Positions 56,388 to 64,000 of a stretch of 64,000 nucleotides of DNA are shown here, in pieces. The notes under the pieces were generated by a model. That model searched no databases, was not told the DNA's origin, and saw only the letters and a program-made list of their open reading frames with translations. A program made the position numbers and the translations under genes. Positions within the stretch are counted from its first letter, which is position 1. Each line of letters opens with the position of its first letter. The stretch comes from Schizochytrium sp. TIO01 (Eukaryota; Protista; Bigyra: Labyrinthulomycetes). The DNA lies in contig SMSO01000031.1 in assembly GCA_004764695.1 (NCBI GenBank), positions 7,050,761-7,114,760 on the forward strand, given 5' to 3'.

Positions 56388-59300
56388 GACTGCCGGTGCC
56401 TGCTTTCTACTCTCGGCTCCTGCAGCTCTTTCGCAGTTTCTGATTTACCTTTCACAGCCAACTGGAGCTGTCAAATGAAAATCCGCATCGTAAACTTCAC
56501 TCGAAACTTGGTGGTAGGTCCCTATTCTGTCGCACTTTTTACTTGCTGGAAGAAAAGCAACGTTTCCACTAACTAAGCCCTATCCACTCCTATTTCCGCC
56601 CAGAAAGTCGGTCATTCAATAAATGAGCTCAGAAACACTTTTATATCTTTTTCTTCTTTTGCGATTTGCCGTCAATTTCAGACTTATCGACTTGTCCTCG
56701 CCGTATTTGATGGGCTGTATACCTCGAAGCAGAGAGCAGAGCAGAGTTTGCTCAGCTCTGATCCTAAGGAGGAGGTGTGGCTGGCCTAAACCAGTAGCAC
56801 GAGTGTTTTGATCATTAAGTAGTGACCTGCGTTGGAAGTCCCAAGTTCCGATGAGGGCGACATCAAGGTTACTATTCGAATGCTAGGGCTGATCTAGCCT
56901 TTTCAATAGCCAATTAATCACTAGAATGCTTTTTCTTTTCTTTTTTTTTCAAGTGTGTCCATTTGCAGGCCTGTGTTGATTGTGAATTCGCACAGTCAGA
57001 GTCGTTGCACAACTTCGGAAGTAGTCCTAGCTGGCGAGTCGAGAGTGGCAGATAATGCAGGTGCACATTCGAGAGATATCTCACCATTATTATGACATTG
57101 CCACAACTTTGCACACCTTTGATACATAGGTATAATGGAAAATCTGACGCGGATAAGCAGGCTACACAGGCCAAAAAGGTGTGTACCGATACTCTGAACT
57201 CGCAAATAGCGAGTGGTCATTAGACTCTTGATTTTTACGTGTAAGGTCTTACCTCAGAAAAGGATTGATGTGTTGCCATTCATTTTCACTCAAACTAGTT
57301 AGGTGCTAGTGTTCCTATTAATCCTTCCACTTGAGTAAATTAATCCTCAAGCATAACACACTGGCGAAATGCGCAAGAGCCTCCTATCCACCACCTTCAT
57401 AGGCTTTCTGCAATTCTTTCTTCGTAGCAGAGCAAAGGATTTAGGCGAACTCTAAAGGCTATTTGACGAGTATCCCATACTCACTTTATATCTGTGGCGG
57501 CATTAGAATTCTTGCAATGCAAACGGGGGGGGGGCTCGTTTAATACACTAATACACCCGTGAAAGAGAGGCATAGCTTTGCGATCCAGTGAAGGCGAATT
57601 TTGGAATATCTATTTAAAAGTACCTTTTCTTTGTTAGATGGTATGGATCGTTGAGCAAATTCATAATTTCTGTTGCTCAAGTCTACCTCATGGAATGAGG
57701 TACAACGCGGAGCTGGTGCATTTTGAATTATCACGAGGCAAAGGTGTACCTTACTCAAAAGGTCGTGAACGGGTTTCTTAGTTTACGCGACATATTTTAA
57801 TTTCGTAGCGCCGCAGGTCACGACATTTCAAGTTCTAAAAAGCCGAGACGCATCCCGAAGTGTTCAGTCTATTCGGATTACAACTAAGTTCTGGATTCGA
57901 AGCTATCGCTAAGCTATAATAATATCAAGAGCAGACATAGTAGATCCCAACTTATAAGTTGATAACCTTGACATTTCTAGGAAGACTAAATTTGTTTGAG
58001 TGGTTACCACATTGTCTGTATTAACCCTGAGCTAGATGTATGTCTCATTAAAGTCATTCTCTTTCTGAAGTTGGTAATACCACATCACGATGCCGAATAC
58101 GTGTAGAATGATTATGATGTTCTCCGCAACATTAAACAAGCACTTATAATGACTGCTGCAAACTTTAACTACCAATAAGGAAGCACTCGATCCATTGGTT
58201 GTAATATTCAATTTCTCCTCAAAACCGCATCAGTATTTCAGCTAGCCACCTCGAAGCTTACTTGAAGCGTGCAAGAGTCCACTCCTCCAAAACTGGCACA
58301 AGAGCTTTATCCACAACTCTCCTAATTTATCTTAAACGTTAGGCAGAGGTTTTCACGATCTTATTTCTTAACAGCGTCCAGTTTCAATACACAAGTACGT
58401 ATCCATCGAGTCTCAAGTTCAAGTTGAAAGACAATCATTTTTTTCCGGATCCAATGCGGTACGGTCACCTGAAAGTGTGGGCACATGGTAGCCTTGCCTT
58501 AGGTACTTGCATCGTTTGGATGTGCCGACTTTTTTGTTAGGAATTAATTGCCAGCAGCGCAGGTACACAGTCTTGGCGAGCAAACAGTATCGCAGGTTTC
58601 ACACTCAGAAAGGTATCATGGGTCTGGGTATCTGATGAATAGTATTTCACAGCTCGCCAGCATGAGCACGCTCGATCTTACGTATGCCTGAAGAAAGAAA
58701 ATGATTTCTCACAAGCGGCGATGCTCCTTTTGAGGCTCTAACTAGTTATGAGCAGTTTCTTCATATCGCAAACTCGCCATTGTGAGTCGTCACTTCATCA
58801 AGTTATGCAAAGAAAATGCCATTTTCAAGCTGCTTTGATTATTCACGGCACGTTCCTTGCCCCTGTGCAGCAACTCCGCACTGTAATTGTAGCTCAGTTG
58901 ACTCCACCAGAGCCTCCCTTATCAAAGTCGCCACAGACTAAACCAAGCAGTGAATTATCATCCCTTCGTAGTACCTACTAGTACTACGTACCTGCCTAGT
59001 ATGAAATGAGATTTACTTGTAGTAGATGCTTTGTACTCGAGATTCTGAAAGAGCTACTTTAGCTACCGTAGGCATCTGCTCCATGAAAAATAAGTTTATA
59101 ATTGTATTGTTCAACACTCAGCAGATCTGCAAGCTCGGCTTCTTCAGAGAGTGTCTGCAGCCAATGACTCGTTTCCTAAAGCCGTTGTAAGTTTGGCTTC
59201 TAGACAAGATATTCTTTAGCCATTTATCCATCTTGCGACCCACTTCATGCAAAAAGGGTACCTGTCCAATTTTTTGCTCAGATTTTAGCTTGCGCAAAGA

Positions 59301-60961
59301 TTTTTTTTTTAAATTAAAATTATTTATACAAAAATAGCAGGCCTTATCTATAATATATAAATAAGAAGAAATGCATGCTTTATTATTATTTTATTTTTTT
59401 AAAAAATATATATATATATTTTTTTTAAAAAACATTTTGTTTTTAAGTTGTTAGGTGAATACAATGGATAAAAAGAGCACCATCATATACGAGAAAAACA
59501 GCGCAAAGATGACAGTCGAAAATTATGATCCACTCAACATCGATTAGAATCAAACCCCAAATACGATTTAACCATGTTTCATAAAGGAGCCGGGAAGATA
59601 AGAGCCAACAATTTAAATTATCAGTTCTGCGTTCTTTCAGTATTTAAACTCATATTTTTACCAAAGGTTCTTTGGAGTTTATCCATGCTTTAACAAGTCT
59701 TTAAAATGAATGTATATGTATAAGAATAACAATAAGGCCAAGGTCACTCGCTCTCTGCATGATGAGAATTCCAGCAGATTGATAACTTCAATCCATAAAT
59801 CACAAACATATCGTTCAAATAATTCTTATACTTAGGATTAAATGAAAGCATAAACCACGCATGCTGAATCAGTGCATAACTTAGCATATCAACACTTGAA
59901 AGGGGAAATAGAAAGAAATTTATTATTATTATTACAATTCTATAAGAGACTTAGTACCGTGAGTAGAAACATCAAGTTGAATGGCTGATAGCTGACTTAT
60001 CATAGTACTCATATCCTTTCCTGTGACATTTATTTGTTTAAGAACAAAATAAAAGATGTTTTGACTCAATTGTGAAAAAAAAGGGGGGCGGGGGGGAGAG
60101 GGGTCATAATCAATAATCAGTATGGCGCTCCTTAGATTAAAAGAAAACTTTCTAAACCTAAGTAAATGGTACTAGACTGTAATCTTTGTCACGCGATGAC
60201 TGACCAGCACATGATTTATCGAGCATAGTACAAGGTCTCTGTTACATATTGGCTATTCAGCGATTCGCTTTCTCTCTCTTGGGAAACCCTTTTCTGCAAA
60301 GGCAGCGCTGTCTTGAAAATTTCATTTTTTATTTTCTGCTTCTTATATTTTCTTATGTATTACTACTATATATGTTGAAAATAAAATAAAAATCATAATT
60401 ATATTACATACCTCTAGAGTACGTTAGCAAATATAATTTAAAGCTCTAATTTTTCTGTTCAACGAAAAACGCGCTGCAAATCGAAGCAGCAGTTCTCTTT
60501 CGAGCTTTGACCAGGATAATTTTATACATCGCACGTCTTTTGACGGGCACGAAGGGCTTTCTGACTGCCCAGAGCTCTGCGTGGCCCGCGGCGAGATACT
60601 TGACGTGACTTTAGCAAGGCGAAGGTCGAAGAGGCTTCGCTTCGGAACTGGCAACTGCATTGTTGCACGCAAAAAAAGATAGAAACATTGTCAACTTGCG
60701 CTCTTTTTCACCGAGCCTCCAACTATACTAGCTCTTCTCAAGGTCGGCCTGCTGCAAAGGTTTCATTGCGTGGTGCTTCACTTTCCTTGAGTTTTGTTGT
60801 GTGTAGCTGCCTTTGGGTTGAAGTTGCCTCTCTATTCTCTTGCTAGTTTTGTTTGTATAACAGGTACCTTGTGCTTACTTGTTGTTCAGAAGCTCACCGA
60901 CAAAGCTATCATTCAGGCAACTAAAATTCAACATAAGCAGTAGTGGACAGAATTATTCACA

Positions 60962-63900
60962 ATGAGCCGCGACTCTCATCAAAATAATGGTTTTGCTGAG
61001 CCATACCAGAACAGTCACGAGGACCACTACTTCGACGCCGGCATTTCTGACGCGGGAGATGACAGCAATAATGGATTGTTACAGTCCTTAGGTGGAGATG
61101 CTTTGGATTTACCTTCGCCACCCCCAAATGAGGATACGCAAAGACAGTGGCGTTACGATGGTGATTTCAAGGATACTATTCTTGCAAGAGACGGAATTAA
61201 GGCTACTTTCCTGCATGACATCAAATTCGTGGATGCCCAGGGATCAGGAAGAAACCGATTCGAGGCGTTCTCGAGATTTTCTGATTTCCTCGTGCCAATT
61301 CTTCAGGCTCTTAGTCACGTTATTGATCTAAATTCCGAAGATAGTGCAGATTCGGGAGATAGTGCAAGCTTCGTCGAGAATCTGATTAATACTGCACCGA
61401 TAAATGAGATTCCCGAAGTATCTCCCCAGCTTTTCCAGCTTATCTTCAACGTAGTCTTCAGGCATGTTGATGGGGCCCGGTCAACCCTAATCTGTAAAAT
61501 TCTCGAAGAGCCAAAACTCCCAGAAAAAATGGAGAAAGATGCCACAGAAACGTGGAGTAAGATGGTTGTAAATCATCTCCGAGAGCTTTACAAGAAATCC
61601 CCACATGAAGCGAAAGAACGTCGTGCAAAGTATTTGCACTGCGCAAATTTCGACTTCTCAAGCTTGGATTCTTTGGCTGGTAGCTTAAATCGAGTTGACT
61701 ACATGATCTTCAAGCACTTCCGCAAGCTTCTTTATTTCTTTGGAGAGGTGCTTTCTTTACCCATTCAGTCCAACGAGGAGCGCAGAGAAGCTTTAAATCT
61801 TTTCATGCGTGTGTTTGTCATCAAGCATCAGTACAGTATTGAGTATACCAAGATTGCTGAAATTTTGGAAATGAGGATGAGCATAAAGTACCACAAAGCA
61901 TTATTAGATCTCTTTGCGCGGTGGTGTGCGGCTATTCTTTATGAGTATAAAAACACAGGCACGGAGAAGGAACAACAAGAGAAACTTCTCGATATAAAGA
62001 ACAAACCTCGTGGTAGCAACGCAAAAACCCCGCAGAATCAGCAAAGTGGTCGAGACATGGGGAAAAAGCGTAAATCGAACAATGGTAGTGGTTCCTCACG
62101 GGACTACCAGTCATTCAAACAAACTCGAAGAAGTGCAGTTCTTCAGGTGTGCGATGTGTTGTTTCTGACAGCCATGGCGCACGGACTCTTAGTTATCATT
62201 ACCTTCATTTGGGAAAAGATCACATGGTTTTCAAGCACGGGCTTGAAGGTTCTATGGACTACTCCAAACACACCGAGTCAGGAGTTACCGACATCAACAC
62301 CATTCAATCAGAGAGTGCAGCAAGACAAGTTGGAAGAAGGAGAAGGAATTGTTGAGAGCTGGTCCAGTCAAGATGAAGTTGCAATCCTTCTTGAGCCTGC
62401 CGTATATTCTAAGAAACCAATCTGCAAAGTACATCTAGGTGTCAGCATTAGTTTTCTAAGACTTTTCGCACGTTTTATCGAACAGCAGGCATCCTACAAA
62501 TTCGAAAACCTCAATGAATACCAACTTGTTGGGGCAATATCTGCAACGGAGAATGATGAAGAAGAAGAGGCCATGCCCGAGTGGAGTATTTGGAAACTTG
62601 GCAAGCCTAAGCAGGGAGACTCAGACTCTCAAAGCCTGATTGATCTATTGCGAAGTGACGAGGGACGCGACCTGCAAGCCAAGTTGCTGGCAGTTGCAGA
62701 AACAAAGGAAGAACGTGATCCTGAAACTTGGTTTGGTCCAGCTACCGATTATGTTTGTTATGCTTGGAAGATGAAGTTCAAGGACCTTGTCGATGCTCTA
62801 GTTCACCCAAATGAAGAGTCACGGAAGTCACAGTCTCGAACATCAGAATCAAAGTACCTATGGCTGGATCTCTTTGCAGTTCCGCAATATCGAAGAAATA
62901 GGGAGGAAAGCACCGTCATTCGTTCCCTAGGTGACGAATATCGTGCTTTGCGTCAAACCATTGTGCAAATTATCGAAACTACGCAAGACAACATAATTGT
63001 GGTGATGGATTCATTTGGGGACTCTAATAAGGTTCTGACTCGTAGATGGTGTTGGTTCGAAATTGCACTCGCTCTGGAAGCCAAAAAGTCTTTATCCATG
63101 GCAATGCCTAAATATGTGATGGATGACTTGCAAAAACGTGTCATGAATTGGTCAGATGAATATGCCACTATGCTTCACGATCTGTCAAACTTGATCAAAG
63201 GGATCAGTTTCCAACGAAGTGAATGTTCGAAAGATGCAGACTCAAAGTTCATTGAGAATGAAATCAACTGCTTGTCTGTCGGTACTAAGATCGATTCAAA
63301 AGTTAGAGCAGCTATGATGCAACTCGTTCTTCTTCCATTTCAGACTTGCATAGCAATGCATAAAAGTAGTAACTTGACATCAGAGCGACTACTGAGCTAT
63401 TTTGAAGATTGCCTTGACCTCTCAACTCTCGCCAGGGTAACAAGTATCCTAGCACCCTCTTTCACCATAAAAGGAGCAAATAAGGATGGCATTCGACTAA
63501 TGGATGCCACGAGCAAGAAAATTCGCGAAAGACTGGAACCTGGAAGAAGTGAATCGCAAGCCATAGGACTGACAGCCGACGCTGAAGAACGTCAAAGCTT
63601 GCAAAGAATTTTGAGTGACATTTTGTCTGCCAAAGGGCGTATGCTGGGTGACACTTTTGAGGATCCTTTCATTGATGAGGCAATTGAAAGTTTTCAAGAG
63701 TCAATCCGGATTCGAGAACAGATCAATGACTCGAAGCTCTACGTCACCCATTACTACCTTGGGCGAGCTCTTATTAACATGCATATGAACATTTTTGGGG
63801 TCAAGTGGACAAAGCGCGAACGCGAGGGAGATATTACAATCGCAGAAAAGCATTTACGCAAGTCAGTTGAACTGCAAGAAAGTCTTGCAACACCTCCAGC

Positions 63901-64000
63901 AGAGCTCGGCGCAACTTATGTGCATCTTGCAAAGGCGTTGGACTTACGTGGAGCACCCTTGCAGCAATCCGAAGATTTATTCCAACGAGCTCTCAAAATC
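60962..64000 (+). CDS. More than 1013 aa; HET/TIR-like domain followed by TPR repeats; runs off the window
   Basis: Hand translation from ATG 60962 is open to 64000, so the ORF track missed it for lack of a stop. Motifs are ATDYVCYAW..KFKDLVDAL, YLWLDLFAVPQ and VLTRRWCWFEI. TPR-like segments are EAIESFQESIRIREQ, AEKHLRKSVELQE and SEDLFQRALKI. Confidence 0.82.
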   Translation, partial: MSRDSHQNNGFAEPYQNSHEDHYFDAGISDAGDDSNNGLLQSLGGDALDLPSPPPNEDTQRQWRYDGDFKDTILARDGIKATFLHDIKFVDAQGSGRNRFEAFSRFSDFLVPILQALSHVIDLNSEDSADSGDSASFVENLINTAPINEIPEVSPQLFQLIFNVVFRHVDGARSTLICKILEEPKLPEKMEKDATETWSKMVVNHLRELYKKSPHEAKERRAKYLHCANFDFSSLDSLAGSLNRVDYMIFKHFRKLLYFFGEVLSLPIQSNEERREALNLFMRVFVIKHQYSIEYTKIAEILEMRMSIKYHKALLDLFARWCAAILYEYKNTGTEKEQQEKLLDIKNKPRGSNAKTPQNQQSGRDMGKKRKSNNGSGSSRDYQSFKQTRRSAVLQVCDVLFLTAMAHGLLVIITFIWEKITWFSSTGLKVLWTTPNTPSQELPTSTPFNQRVQQDKLEEGEGIVESWSSQDEVAILLEPAVYSKKPICKVHLGVSISFLRLFARFIEQQASYKFENLNEYQLVGAISATENDEEEEAMPEWSIWKLGKPKQGDSDSQSLIDLLRSDEGRDLQAKLLAVAETKEERDPETWFGPATDYVCYAWKMKFKDLVDALVHPNEESRKSQSRTSESKYLWLDLFAVPQYRRNREESTVIRSLGDEYRALRQTIVQIIETTQDNIIVVMDSFGDSNKVLTRRWCWFEIALALEAKKSLSMAMPKYVMDDLQKRVMNWSDEYATMLHDLSNLIKGISFQRSECSKDADSKFIENEINCLSVGTKIDSKVRAAMMQLVLLPFQTCIAMHKSSNLTSERLLSYFEDCLDLSTLARVTSILAPSFTIKGANKDGIRLMDATSKKIRERLEPGRSESQAIGLTADAEERQSLQRILSDILSAKGRMLGDTFEDPFIDEAIESFQESIRIREQINDSKLYVTHYYLGRALINMHMNIFGVKWTKREREGDITIAEKHLRKSVELQESLATPPAELGATYVHLAKALDLRGAPLQQSEDLFQRALKI

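Noticed and set aside
59390-59432. AT-only near-palindrome
   Set aside because: Low-complexity poly-A/T and (TA)n sequence produces such symmetry trivially.

Overview
Eukaryotic, intron-poor nuclear DNA. Gene content, tetranucleotide microsatellites and A/C-rich leaders suggest a thraustochytrid/labyrinthulid stramenopile (inference). I can support about 19 protein-coding loci: a 5'-truncated bacterial-type SDR, HSPBP1/Fes1, an ARM+2xBTB protein, a tandem YdcZ-type DMT transporter, two twin basic microprotein genes, mitochondrial AspRS, an RGS-kinase (GRK-like), KLHDC4, an NDUFA3-like microprotein, a spliced VPS26-like gene, a 2018-aa type II membrane lectin protein, a shortened mitochondrial-carrier-like protein, a secreted GH-D-clan-like hydrolase, CSE1, SLX1, an acyltransferase-3 gene and a >1013-aa HET/TIR-like + TPR ORF that runs off the right edge and is absent from the ORF track. 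The most unusual structure is a 519-bp, 99.4%-identical inverted repeat (9918-10436 / 11383-11901). Each arm is an ATG-free leader plus the CDS of a 106-aa highly basic protein with nucleosome-binding-like motifs. The two copies sit head-to-head around a 946-bp spacer with one-directional motifs, which could be invertible. Two genes (VPS26-like, acyltransferase-3) are each broken by a +1 frame discontinuity, and there is a 12-kb region with no recognisable gene. I found no tRNA, rRNA, CRISPR array or intact transposon. All family assignments are by-eye motif recognition, not database searches.
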